DNA of 64,000 nucleotides from a bacterium (GTDB taxonomy: Bacteria; UBA8248): assembly GCA_965200245.1 (NCBI GenBank), contig CBDATS010000004.1, forward strand, positions 1,280,001-1,344,000, read 5' to 3'. The notes under the pieces were generated by a model. It did no database searches, was not told the origin of the DNA, and saw only the letters and a list, made by a program, of their open reading frames with translations. Within the stretch, counting starts at the first letter, position 1; every line of letters begins with the position of its first letter. The position numbers and the translations under genes were made by a program. Below are positions 21,664-30,858 of the stretch, piece by piece.

Positions 21664-22782
21664 ATGAAATCTTTTCTCATCGCCGTGCTGTTTGCGTTTT
21701 TGTTCCTGGCCCCCACGCACCTGGGTGCGCCCGTGCGCACACCTGATGGTCTGGTTCTGGTGACCCAGGACGCCGAGGCGAGGCGCTTCGGCGGTTTCCG
21801 CTCTTTCGGGTTTCGTGGCTCGAGGGGGTTCGGCAGTTTCGGGCGCAGGGGTTTTTCGAGACGCTCCCTCGGCGCGCGTCCCGGCGCGCGCAGCCTCTCG
21901 CGCAGGCCGCTCCAGAGATCCTCGTTCCTGGGCAGCGGTTTTGGCTCCGGTCTGTTCGCGGGCATCGGAGGGTTCTTGCTGGGTGGCATGCTGGGGAGCA
22001 TGTTCTTCGGCGGCATGGGCTCCGGCATGGGGATGGGAGGAGGTTTCGGTCTTCTGGAGATACTCCTCATCGGTGGCATCATCTTCTTCATCTTCCGCAT
22101 GATCAGGAACCGCGCGTCAGCTTCCTACCAGGAACCCCGCTATTCGGGGGATCGCTACGCCGAGGCCGACCCCTACGGTGTGGGGGGGTACGGGGAAGAG
22201 CCGCGCGACAGGGACGAAGAACCCCGCAGTTACGAGAGGTCGGGTGGCGTGTATCGTGGCCAGGACATCGGCCCGGCGGGCGGCGGCGCAGGCCGTTCAT
22301 CAAGCGGCTTTCGTGAAAGCCCGAAGCGCAATTCCGCGAGCGATGAGTCGCTTCGGAGAATAAGCGAGAGTGACGCATCTTTTTCGGAGCAGGCCTTCGT
22401 CGGCCTGGCGAAGGAAAACTTCCTCCGCTTTCAGAACGCCTGGACGGCGCGCGATCTCTCCCCCGTGCGCGACCTGATGGACAAGGAGATATACGCGGAA
22501 GTCCAGCGCGACATCGAGGGCCTGATGAGCCAGGGGAAGATTAACAGGATCGACGATGTGGACGTCAGGAAAGCGGAAATCGTGGAAGCTTGGAACGAGG
22601 AGGGCTTCGATTTTATCACTGTGTGCTACGAGGCGAGTCTTTGCGACTGCGTGGTTGACGAGCGGAGCGGGGAGTTGATCGAGGGCAGCCGCACGGAACG
22701 GGTGAATTTCGCAGAGCACTGGACATGGGCGCGGCCCGAGGGGCCGAACCAGTGGTTCCTCTCCGCCATTGAACAGGCGTGA
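21664..22782 (+). CDS. Tim44-like domain membrane protein
   Basis: Signal peptide AEA-RRFGG, Gly-rich TM segment, C-terminal Tim44 domain (FQNAW, EHWTW, WFLSAIEQ); start at ATG 21664. Confidence 0.85.
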   Translation: MKSFLIAVLFAFLFLAPTHLGAPVRTPDGLVLVTQDAEARRFGGFRSFGFRGSRGFGSFGRRGFSRRSLGARPGARSLSRRPLQRSSFLGSGFGSGLFAGIGGFLLGGMLGSMFFGGMGSGMGMGGGFGLLEILLIGGIIFFIFRMIRNRASASYQEPRYSGDRYAEADPYGVGGYGEEPRDRDEEPRSYERSGGVYRGQDIGPAGGGAGRSSSGFRESPKRNSASDESLRRISESDASFSEQAFVGLAKENFLRFQNAWTARDLSPVRDLMDKEIYAEVQRDIEGLMSQGKINRIDDVDVRKAEIVEAWNEEGFDFITVCYEASLCDCVVDERSGELIEGSRTERVNFAEHWTWARPEGPNQWFLSAIEQA

Positions 22783-22794
22783 AGCGGGAATTTC

Positions 22795-23157
22795 CTAGGG
22801 AGTGGAAACCTTGTCCGAATCAGGGGTGGGGGTTTGTTCTTCCTCCTCGCCGTAGCGTCTGCCTCCTTCCATGTCCTTGAGCGACCACCAGAAATAGATG
22901 ATGCTGCCCAGGATTGCCGTCATGACGATGGCGAAGCCCACGAGGAAGTAAGAAGGCAGCGCGGAACGGTAGGCGAGCGGCGAAACGCTTGTGCCCGAGG
23001 CCACGGCGGGGGCCGTTTGCGCAGGCGCTTTCGCCTGTATCATGGCCTGTTCGGCTTGGAAGGCCATGTAGCCCCAATACACCATCCCGCCCAGAAGCGC
23101 GAGAATCAGGACGGTGCATACGGGCCATTTGAGACCTGTTTTTTTCACCTCGCTCAA
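22795..23157 (-). CDS. Hypothetical two-TM membrane protein
   Basis: Two hydrophobic helices; overlaps the stop of the upstream LLM gene. Confidence 0.65.
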   Translation of the reverse strand: MSEVKKTGLKWPVCTVLILALLGGMVYWGYMAFQAEQAMIQAKAPAQTAPAVASGTSVSPLAYRSALPSYFLVGFAIVMTAILGSIIYFWWSLKDMEGGRRYGEEEEQTPTPDSDKVSTP

Positions 23158-24104
23158 TTTCCCATCTCCGGAATCAGTTCTTCCGCCAGCAGCGCCATCT
23201 GATCCATCTCTTCATCGGCGGGCCCCGCGTGCTTGAAGATGAAATGTGTGGCTCCTGCTTCCTGAAACGCCGCTATCTGTTCCATGCAACGCTCGCTCGG
23301 CCCATAGAATAAATACTTTTGGGCGATGCCGTCAAAATCCATGTTGTAGCGCTTGGAGAGATTCCTGATGCCCTCGCGCAGGGCATGTTCGGTATCCTCG
23401 TGAACGTAGATGAACGCATGGTGCGCGGGCACCCACGTGCCGCCTTCGATATCAAGAGGCGTGCCCGCTTCTTCCGCCCATCGCTTCATGTCTTCAAGCC
23501 CCTTGGCGAAGCGCGGAGCCGAAAACATGTAGGAGACGTAACCGTCACAGTGAAGGGCCGCCCTTTTCCGGGCGGCGTCGCTTCGGCCACCCACCCAGAT
23601 GGGGGGTCCCCCGGGCGTGAGCGGGGCCGGGGTCTGGCGTGCACCGGTAAAGCGCCAAAAGCGCCCCTCGTGGCTCACCGCCTCGCCACTCCAGAGTTTT
23701 CGCACGATCTCGATGGACTCATCCGTCCGCGCGCCGCGCTCTTTCACGGGCACGCCGCAAAGTTCGAATTCGGTTTTTCCCTCGCCGCCCACGCCGACGC
23801 CGAAAACGAAACGGCCTCCGCCCGTGAGGTAATCCACCGTGGCCGCGGTCTTGGCGGCGATGGCGGGTCTTCTGAGAGGCAGTAGATAGACGCCGGTGCC
23901 CAGCGTGATGCGGCTGGTGCGCGCAGCGAAGGCGGCCAGCGTGGTAAGACTCTCGGTGTAATGGCCATTGAAGGAGATATGATCGCCTATCCACAGGGAA
24001 TCGTAGCCGAGCGCTTCGGCTGCTTCCGCGAACGCATACGTCTCCCCGGGCGTATAGATGCGTTCCGGGTGCATACCGAAGCTGACGCCGAATCTCGTTT
24101 TTAT
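23154..24104 (-). CDS. Luciferase-like monooxygenase (LLM) flavin/F420-dependent oxidoreductase
   Basis: AEALGYDSLWIGDH, RITLGTGV, RGARTDE, PPIWVGG; start uncertain (see finding). Confidence 0.88.
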   Translation of the reverse strand: MKTRFGVSFGMHPERIYTPGETYAFAEAAEALGYDSLWIGDHISFNGHYTESLTTLAAFAARTSRITLGTGVYLLPLRRPAIAAKTAATVDYLTGGGRFVFGVGVGGEGKTEFELCGVPVKERGARTDESIEIVRKLWSGEAVSHEGRFWRFTGARQTPAPLTPGGPPIWVGGRSDAARKRAALHCDGYVSYMFSAPRFAKGLEDMKRWAEEAGTPLDIEGGTWVPAHHAFIYVHEDTEHALREGIRNLSKRYNMDFDGIAQKYLFYGPSERCMEQIAAFQEAGATHFIFKHAGPADEEMDQMALLAEELIPEMGN

Positions 24105-24340
24105 CTCCAGCCTCCTCTCGCTCGTGATTGCGGCGCATCCGGCCCCATGCGAGGCTCTGTGGAAATTAAAGCACACGCCTGTTCGGGTCAATTCGCTCGC
24201 CCGAAGTGCCGCAGCGCGAGTGGTTCTTTGCAGAATGTCTCGTATTCCCGATATGTTTTGACAGTCTCGATTCGCGACCTTACTATCCCCTTTGTCGCTG
24301 GCCTCATCTTTTCGTATCGTTTTCCTGAAGGGAGTTTTCC

Positions 24341-25654
24341 GTGGTTGAGATAAGGGCGTTTCACGCGCTGAGATATGCGAATATTGCACCTGAAGAAATG
24401 GGAGAGGTCTCCTCTCCGCCGTACGACGTTTTTACGCCCGCGATCAGACGTTCATTCTATGAACGCCACCCCCTGAACATCGTACGGCTGATTCAGGGCG
24501 AAATCCTGGAGGGTGAAGAAGAGGACGCGGGCCGCGTGGGGCGCGCGGTGGAGTATCTCAGGAACTGGCGCGCGAACAGGGATATGGTCTTGGACAATAC
24601 GCCCGCACTCTATCCCTACCGCCAGCGCTTTGCGCTGCCCGATGGAACGCATCTGGAACGGAACGCATTTTTTGCGGCGGTGAAACTGGAGCCCTACGGC
24701 GAGGGTGAAATTCATCCCCACGAGCAGACCTTCCCGAAGCCCAAGGACTACCTGTTCGATCTGTGGGGCAGGAGCGGTGCGCATCTGGGGCCGATATTCG
24801 GTTTTTACGACGAATCCCGGCAAACGGCGAACAACGCCCTGAAGAGTGCGGACAAGGGCGTTCCCATCGCCGATTTCGAGGATGACGGTGTGCGCCACAC
24901 CTTGTGGCGATGCAATGATCCGGAGGTCATCGCGCGCGCACAGGAATCGCTCGTCGGCAGGGAAGTGTTCATTGCCGACGGCCATCACCGCTACGAAACG
25001 TCCCTGAACTTGCGGGACGCCGCCCGCGCGGATGGTGCGCCCGTGGGGGGCGAAGCGGATTACACGCTCATGTGCCTGGCCAACGCCGCGGATCCGGGCA
25101 TGGTGATCCTTCCCACCCACAGACTCCTCAAGAAGGTCTCCGCGACGACGGAAGAGGCTCTGGCGACGCTTGCCGGGAAATACGATATCCTCGAAGAGCC
25201 GGCGCCCGAGGCCGGCACGGGAGGCTTGGCGACCGAGCGTCTGACCGCCTTGTGCGAGGAAAACGGGGGAGCCAGCGTGTATTGTCTTTATGACGGTGGT
25301 GCGAGTGTCCGCTATCTCATCGGCAGGCATGCCACCGTGACCGCCTCCGTAGATGAGGCCGTCGCCGCGCTCGACGTGAGCCGCCTGCATGCGGATATCG
25401 TGGATTGCGCGTTCAAGGCCTCTCACGAGGAAGAGGACATCGCTTTCACGCCCGACCCGGAAATTGCGCTCTCCTCCGCGAGAAGCGGTGAGTGCACGGC
25501 AGCCCTTTTGCTGAATCCCACGCCCATCGAGTCGGTGTGCGAGATCGCGAAGGCGGGTGGCAAAATGCCGCACAAATCCACGTATTTCTACCCCAAGATA
25601 CGCACGGGCCTCGTCGTTCACGCTTTCGCTCCCCCGGCGGGGGACGCATCCTGA
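24341..25654 (+). CDS. DUF1015 family protein
   Basis: SSPPYDV, IHPHEQT, IADGHHRYET, MPHKSTYFYPK. Confidence 0.9.
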   Translation: MVEIRAFHALRYANIAPEEMGEVSSPPYDVFTPAIRRSFYERHPLNIVRLIQGEILEGEEEDAGRVGRAVEYLRNWRANRDMVLDNTPALYPYRQRFALPDGTHLERNAFFAAVKLEPYGEGEIHPHEQTFPKPKDYLFDLWGRSGAHLGPIFGFYDESRQTANNALKSADKGVPIADFEDDGVRHTLWRCNDPEVIARAQESLVGREVFIADGHHRYETSLNLRDAARADGAPVGGEADYTLMCLANAADPGMVILPTHRLLKKVSATTEEALATLAGKYDILEEPAPEAGTGGLATERLTALCEENGGASVYCLYDGGASVRYLIGRHATVTASVDEAVAALDVSRLHADIVDCAFKASHEEEDIAFTPDPEIALSSARSGECTAALLLNPTPIESVCEIAKAGGKMPHKSTYFYPKIRTGLVVHAFAPPAGDAS

Positions 25655-25664
25655 CGTTTGCGAC

Positions 25665-26291
25665 ATGAGAATCCAAAGCGCGCGGTTCATCAAAAGCGCC
25701 GCCGGGCGTTCGGGCTGGCCGAGGGCGGATCTGCCTGAGATCGCCTTCGCCGGTAGGAGCAACGTGGGCAAATCCTCGCTCATCAATTTCCTGACCAACC
25801 GCAAGAGCCTCGCTAGGACGAGCGCGACGCCGGGCAAGACGCAGCTCGTCAATTTCTTCGGTGTAGACAACCTCTTCAACCTCGTGGACTTGCCGGGCTA
25901 CGGTTACGCGCGGGTGCCGCTCGTCGAGAAGGCTCGATGGCAACCCATGATCGAGACCTATCTCGAACATCGCGAGACACTCCAGGGCGTGGTGGTGCTC
26001 ATTGATTCGCGCCGGGGGGCACGCGAAATGGACCTGCACTTGCTCGAATGGCTCGCGGCGGTGAACCTGCCTGCGTGTCTGGTGCTCACCAAGGCGGACA
26101 AACTGAAACAAAACGAGCGCAAAGGTGCCCTGGGCATGCTCGTCAAGACCATGATGGGCGAAAGCGAACTGTACGGACGTTGGTCCGGACCGATACTTTG
26201 CAGCGCGAACACGGGGCTGGGTAAGCGGGAAATCATTGCGCAGATGGCCGAGTGGCTTGGCGAGCCGCCCCGCGACGCGCCCGCCGCCTGA
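25665..26291 (+). CDS. engB: Ribosome biogenesis GTPase YihA/YsxC
   Basis: EIAFAGRSNVGKSSLIN, TPGKTQ, DLPGYGYA, TKADK; start at ATG 25665. Confidence 0.95.
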   Translation: MRIQSARFIKSAAGRSGWPRADLPEIAFAGRSNVGKSSLINFLTNRKSLARTSATPGKTQLVNFFGVDNLFNLVDLPGYGYARVPLVEKARWQPMIETYLEHRETLQGVVVLIDSRRGAREMDLHLLEWLAAVNLPACLVLTKADKLKQNERKGALGMLVKTMMGESELYGRWSGPILCSANTGLGKREIIAQMAEWLGEPPRDAPAA

Positions 26292-26406
26292 ATTTCAAGA
26301 GGAGAATTCTCGCAGCATGCGTGCATATCTGCTAGAGTGGGCCATAGACCGCCTGAAAGAGCGTTCCGAGAAGAAAACATACCTTCGCGCAACAAATCGA
26401 CCGAGG

Positions 26407-27417
26407 ATGAGCGTGCCGGAAAAGAAAAAAGCGTCTCCCAGGACAGCCGTGAAAAAGAAAGCGACGAAGCCCAGGGCTGATGTACGCGGCTGGGCACCGG
26501 GGGTTCCGAAGGAAAAACCGAAGGGCAGAACCTATGACGGCCCCTTGAATGTGAACGCGAAACCCAGGCGGGCGGACAGGATTTTCTTCGGCACGGGCGG
26601 GGTTCCGCACTCCGCCAAACCGCAGACCCACCCGGAAGCGGTGCGCAGGCTTCACGAACTGGATCTCGGCGTCTACGAGATGGAGTTCGTCCACGGCGTT
26701 CGCATCCGCGAACAAACCTGTGATGAGGTGCGTGATGCCCAGGCCGATACGGGCGTTCAGGTTACCGCGCACGGACCCTACTACGTGAACCTCTATTCGC
26801 TTGAAGAAGAAAAGGTGACGGCGAGCCGAAAGCGCGTGCTCGACACCGCGCGTGCCTTGGCGAAGTGTGGGGGAAACGGTGCGTGTTTCCACCCGGGTTT
26901 CTATCAGAAACGGGACCCGAAAGAAGTATACGACTTCATCAGCAGCCAGATTGGAGAACTCGCCGACATCCTGGAGGAGGAGGGCTGTCCGGTTCGCCTG
27001 GATCCCGAGACGACGGGCAAGGGCACGCAGTTCGGATCGCTTGAGGAGGTCGCCGATATGGGGGGTGCTCTCAAGGGCAAGAATGTCGGTTTCACGATAG
27101 ATTTCGCCCACATTCACGCGCGGTCGGCCGGTGCGCACAACACGTATGATGAGTTCGGGGCGCAGCTGGAGCTTCTCAGGAACAGGATGGGCGACGGTGC
27201 GCTCAGGGACATGCACATCCACCTTTCGGGCATCGCGTATTCGGACAAGGGCGAGGCGCATCACCTGGAACTCGACGAGTCGGACATGAATTACCCTGAT
27301 CTTTTCCGCGCGCTCATCGATTTCGGCGTGGAGGGCTGGGTGGTGTGCGAGAGTCCGGCGCTCGAATACGACGCGCTTATCATGCAGAAAGCCTACAGAA
27401 AGCTGAACGGCGGCTAG
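26407..27417 (+). CDS. nfo: Endonuclease IV-like TIM-barrel protein with Lys-rich N-terminal extension
   Basis: HGPYYVNL, FHPG, PETTGKGTQFG, DFAHIHAR, HIHLSGI, ESP; start uncertain. Confidence 0.8.
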   Translation: MSVPEKKKASPRTAVKKKATKPRADVRGWAPGVPKEKPKGRTYDGPLNVNAKPRRADRIFFGTGGVPHSAKPQTHPEAVRRLHELDLGVYEMEFVHGVRIREQTCDEVRDAQADTGVQVTAHGPYYVNLYSLEEEKVTASRKRVLDTARALAKCGGNGACFHPGFYQKRDPKEVYDFISSQIGELADILEEEGCPVRLDPETTGKGTQFGSLEEVADMGGALKGKNVGFTIDFAHIHARSAGAHNTYDEFGAQLELLRNRMGDGALRDMHIHLSGIAYSDKGEAHHLELDESDMNYPDLFRALIDFGVEGWVVCESPALEYDALIMQKAYRKLNGG

Positions 27418-27470
27418 CCCGCGCGACAGGAATTCCCCTCTCACGTCCGGTTCGACGAAGGAGCAGATTC

Positions 27471-28841
27471 ATGACGATTGTGGAGCAAATGGCGGCGATG
27501 GCAGCGAACAGCAGTTTCGATGACCTCTCGGGCGAAATGCGCTCGCAGATAAAAACCTTGATGGTCGACACCATCGGCTGTGCCATCGGCTCGCTGGGCG
27601 AAGGTCCTGTCCGCTATCTGCGTGAACAGGCGGATGATTTTGGCGGTGCGGCACTCTGCACACTCATCGGTGGTAGCAAGACGGCGCCCGACGCCGCCGC
27701 GTTCTACAACACCTCACTCATCCGCTATCTCGATTTCAACGACGGCTTCATGGGAAAACTCGCCACCTCGCACCCGAGCGACAACACGGGCGCCGTGATG
27801 GCGGCGGCCGAGTACGCCGACGCGAGCGGAGCGGAATTCATGACGGCGCTTGCTCTTTCGTATGAAGTGCAGTGCCGCCTATGCGACAGGGCACCCTATG
27901 AGAAAAGAGGCTTCGACCAGCCAATGGCGGGTGCCTACGCCGTGGCGGCGGGCGCTTCGCGCGCCCTGGGGCTGGACGCCGGGAAGACGGCGAACGCCAT
28001 CGCGCTGAGCGGCGTACGCCAGAACCCCCTGCTCATCACGCGCACGGGCGAACTCTCCCACTGGAAGGGTTTTGCCTACGCGGCGGGCGGGCACAGCGGG
28101 GTGCACTCGACGTTTCTTGCCATGCGCGGAGTGACGGGGCCGCTCCTGCTGATGGAAGGCCCTCTGGGCGTTTTCGAGTCCGTGACGGGAGAATTCGATG
28201 TCGACTGGTCCGACACTTCCCTGAACAAGATGCTCGAGATCAGCGTGAAGCGATACAACGCAGGGCTTCATTCCCAGACGGCCATCGAGGGCGTGATCGA
28301 CATGAAACGGGAACACGGCTTTGCGCCCGGGGACATCGAGGACGTCGAAATCGGAATCTATGAGCGAGCCTACTTCATCATGGGCGAGGGCAAGGCGGGT
28401 GCGCGCGAGCACGTGCTGAACAAGGAGACGGCGGATCACAGCTTGCCCTACGTGGTTTCCGCCGCCATCATTGACGAACAGGTCCTTCCTGCACAGTACG
28501 AGGAAGAGAGAATACGCGCAGACGATGTGCAGACGCTGTTAAGGAAAGTACGTACCACCAACTCCGATGAGATGACGGCCAGGTACCCTGCGCAGTCGCC
28601 CGTGCTCATCACCATCACGCTCAGGGACGGGACGGTCCATAAACTGGACAAGCCCACCTGGGAGGGACATTTCTCCACACCGATGAACTGGTCCACGGTG
28701 AACGGGAAGTTCGAGGCCTTGAGCGATGCACACACGGACACCGCATTGCGCGGGGAGATTGTGGACGCCGTATCGAGACTCGATTCGATCCGGATAAGGG
28801 ATCTGACAGCCCTGCTCGAGCGGGTGAACACGCCCGGATAA
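27471..28841 (+). CDS. MmgE/PrpD family (2-methylcitrate dehydratase-like)
   Basis: RYLDFND, SHPSDN, GELSHWKG, ETADHSLPY; start at ATG 27471. Confidence 0.9.
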   Translation: MTIVEQMAAMAANSSFDDLSGEMRSQIKTLMVDTIGCAIGSLGEGPVRYLREQADDFGGAALCTLIGGSKTAPDAAAFYNTSLIRYLDFNDGFMGKLATSHPSDNTGAVMAAAEYADASGAEFMTALALSYEVQCRLCDRAPYEKRGFDQPMAGAYAVAAGASRALGLDAGKTANAIALSGVRQNPLLITRTGELSHWKGFAYAAGGHSGVHSTFLAMRGVTGPLLLMEGPLGVFESVTGEFDVDWSDTSLNKMLEISVKRYNAGLHSQTAIEGVIDMKREHGFAPGDIEDVEIGIYERAYFIMGEGKAGAREHVLNKETADHSLPYVVSAAIIDEQVLPAQYEEERIRADDVQTLLRKVRTTNSDEMTARYPAQSPVLITITLRDGTVHKLDKPTWEGHFSTPMNWSTVNGKFEALSDAHTDTALRGEIVDAVSRLDSIRIRDLTALLERVNTPG

Positions 28842-28926
28842 CGAAAGGCACTGCCGGGATCGATATGGATAATGCTGCGCGCTCGAAAGCCCGGGCGACG
28901 CATGCCGGTTTCAGGGGAGGTTTGAG

Positions 28927-29172
28927 ATGACCGAATTGGAAGTGACGGTCTATTCGTCAACGTTCTGAGCGCCGTGCAAGGCGGTGAAAGAGTTTCTTTT
29001 CCATCATGATGTGGCGTATACGGAAAAACTCGTGGATCAGGACGAAGAAGCACTGGAAGAACTGTTCCAGAGGGCGAACATGCGGGCCACGCCCGTTGTT
29101 TTCGTCGGAGAGGAGAAAGTGGTCGGTTTCGACAGGGCGAAGCTCGAAGCGCTTCTGGGGCTCGCTGCCTGA
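28927..29172 (+). CDS. Glutaredoxin/NrdH-like selenoprotein (UxxC active site)
   Basis: GGAGG RBS then ATG 28927: MTELEVTVYSSTF-TGA-APCKAVKEFL...ATPVVFVGEEKVVGFD. TGA at 28966-28968 occupies the first Cys of the CxxC motif, in frame with the 28984..29172 ORF. Confidence 0.88.
28983..29002 (+). promoter_or_regulatory. Candidate bacterial SECIS hairpin
   Basis: GG-T-GAAAGA-GTT-TCTTTT-CC; G-first apical loop about 24 nt 3' of the UGA. Confidence 0.6.
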
Positions 29173-29308
29173 GCGGGATGCGCGTGGTACCCCTGTGCCG
29201 CTTCTTCAAAACGAGATGACCCTGAAGGGAACTTGCGCTGGCGTGATCGGTTCGTCATTCGATGTTACATTGTATATAATCCATTTCCCCTAGTTCTGGA
29301 GATTCGAA

Positions 29309-30262
29309 GTGGCTGAGCGTGATTTTGACATCATCATCATAGGGGCGGGACCAGCCGGTCTGACGGCGGGGCTGTATACGGCACGCTCGAAACTGAACGT
29401 GGTGTGTTATGAAAAGCTCGCCCCGGGCGGTGAGATTCTCAACACCGAGCACGTGGAAGACTACCCGGGCTTCGAGTTGGTCGGCGGCCAGGAACTTGCG
29501 GCCAAGTTCACCGAACACGCCATGAAATTCGGCTTGAAAATCGAGATGGAAGAGGTCACCGAAGTTCGCAAGGACGGGGATGATTTCATCGTCACGACCG
29601 ACATGGGCGAACGTCGCTGCGGGGCGGTGATCTACACCCCCGGCGGGTACCCGAGAAAGCTCGGCATTCCGGGCGAGGAGAAATACGCGGGCAAGGGTGT
29701 AAGCTACTGCGCGCTTTGCGACGGCGCGTTCTTCCAGGATGAGGTCATCACCGTAATCGGCGGCGGGAACAGCGCAGTGGAAGAGGGGCAGTTTCTCACG
29801 AAGTATGGTACGAAGGTCTACATCATCCACCGGCGCGATCAATTCCGTGCCCATGCAGTGTTGGTGGACAAGATTCGCGAGAACCCGAAAGTCGAAATCA
29901 TTACCGACTACGTGCCCGAAGAAGTCATCGGCGATGATCGGGAGATGAAGAAGCTGCGCATCCGGAACGTCAAAACCGACGAGACGCAAGAGATCGATGC
30001 CACGGGCCTTTTTGTATTCATCGGTTTCATTCCGAACACGGATTTGATAAAAGATCCTGTGGGAAAGGACGAGGCTGGCTTCATCCTCACGGACCAGAAC
30101 ATGGAAACGAACGTGCCGGGCCTGTTCGTGGCCGGTGATTGCAGAAGCCAGTTGATTCGTCAGATCACCAACGCGTCAGGCGACGCAACGACGGCGGCGG
30201 TGGCGGCCGAAAAATATCTCGAGGCCCAGGAAGAGGCCAAAAAGGCCGCGGCGGTTTCATAG
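29309..30262 (+). CDS. trxB: Thioredoxin-disulfide reductase
   Basis: IIGAGPAGLTA, GVSYCALCDGAFF, GGGNSAVEEG, HRRDQFRA. Confidence 0.95.
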   Translation: MAERDFDIIIIGAGPAGLTAGLYTARSKLNVVCYEKLAPGGEILNTEHVEDYPGFELVGGQELAAKFTEHAMKFGLKIEMEEVTEVRKDGDDFIVTTDMGERRCGAVIYTPGGYPRKLGIPGEEKYAGKGVSYCALCDGAFFQDEVITVIGGGNSAVEEGQFLTKYGTKVYIIHRRDQFRAHAVLVDKIRENPKVEIITDYVPEEVIGDDREMKKLRIRNVKTDETQEIDATGLFVFIGFIPNTDLIKDPVGKDEAGFILTDQNMETNVPGLFVAGDCRSQLIRQITNASGDATTAAVAAEKYLEAQEEAKKAAAVS

Positions 30263-30284
30263 AGTTCAAGTCGAGGAGAGGGAA

Positions 30285-30833
30285 ATGGCATTCACCAGAG
30301 GGATTCAGAAATTCTTTCTCTGGGACATCGTGAAGGGCATGTCCGCCACGTTGCGGCATATGTTCAAAAAACCCGTCACGCTGCAATATCCGACCGAGCG
30401 CTGGGAGCCGCCCGAGCGTTTTCGCGGATTTCTGGGTCTGACGCGCGACTTCAAGACAGGCGAGGAACTCTGCATCGGCTGCCTGAACTGCGAGAAAGCC
30501 TGTCCGGTCGACTGCATCACCATAGTCACGGCGGGCAAGGGCCGCGAGATGTATGCCAAGGAGTTCTATATCGACTACATGCGCTGCATGTATTGCGGGC
30601 TTTGCACCGAGGCGTGTCCCACGACGCCCAAATCCATCGTTCACACCCACCAGTACGAGACGACCGGATATTTCCGTGACGATCTCGTTTACGAAAAAGA
30701 GCGCCTCTACGACGTCTGGGAGAAAGAGGTGAACTACACCGGCCCCAGGCCCTGGGGCAAGCTGTTCGGTCTCAGGAACCAGGAGACAGACATGCGGCCC
30801 GAATCTCCTGCCGAGACGGCATCCGCCGAATAG
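30285..30833 (+). CDS. nuoI: NADH-quinone oxidoreductase subunit I (2x4Fe-4S)
   Basis: VTLQYP, RFRG, CIGCLNCEKACP, RCMYCGLCTEACP. Confidence 0.88.
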   Translation: MAFTRGIQKFFLWDIVKGMSATLRHMFKKPVTLQYPTERWEPPERFRGFLGLTRDFKTGEELCIGCLNCEKACPVDCITIVTAGKGREMYAKEFYIDYMRCMYCGLCTEACPTTPKSIVHTHQYETTGYFRDDLVYEKERLYDVWEKEVNYTGPRPWGKLFGLRNQETDMRPESPAETASAE

Positions 30834-30858
30834 CGGGTTTCTCCGGCGGAGTTCACCC

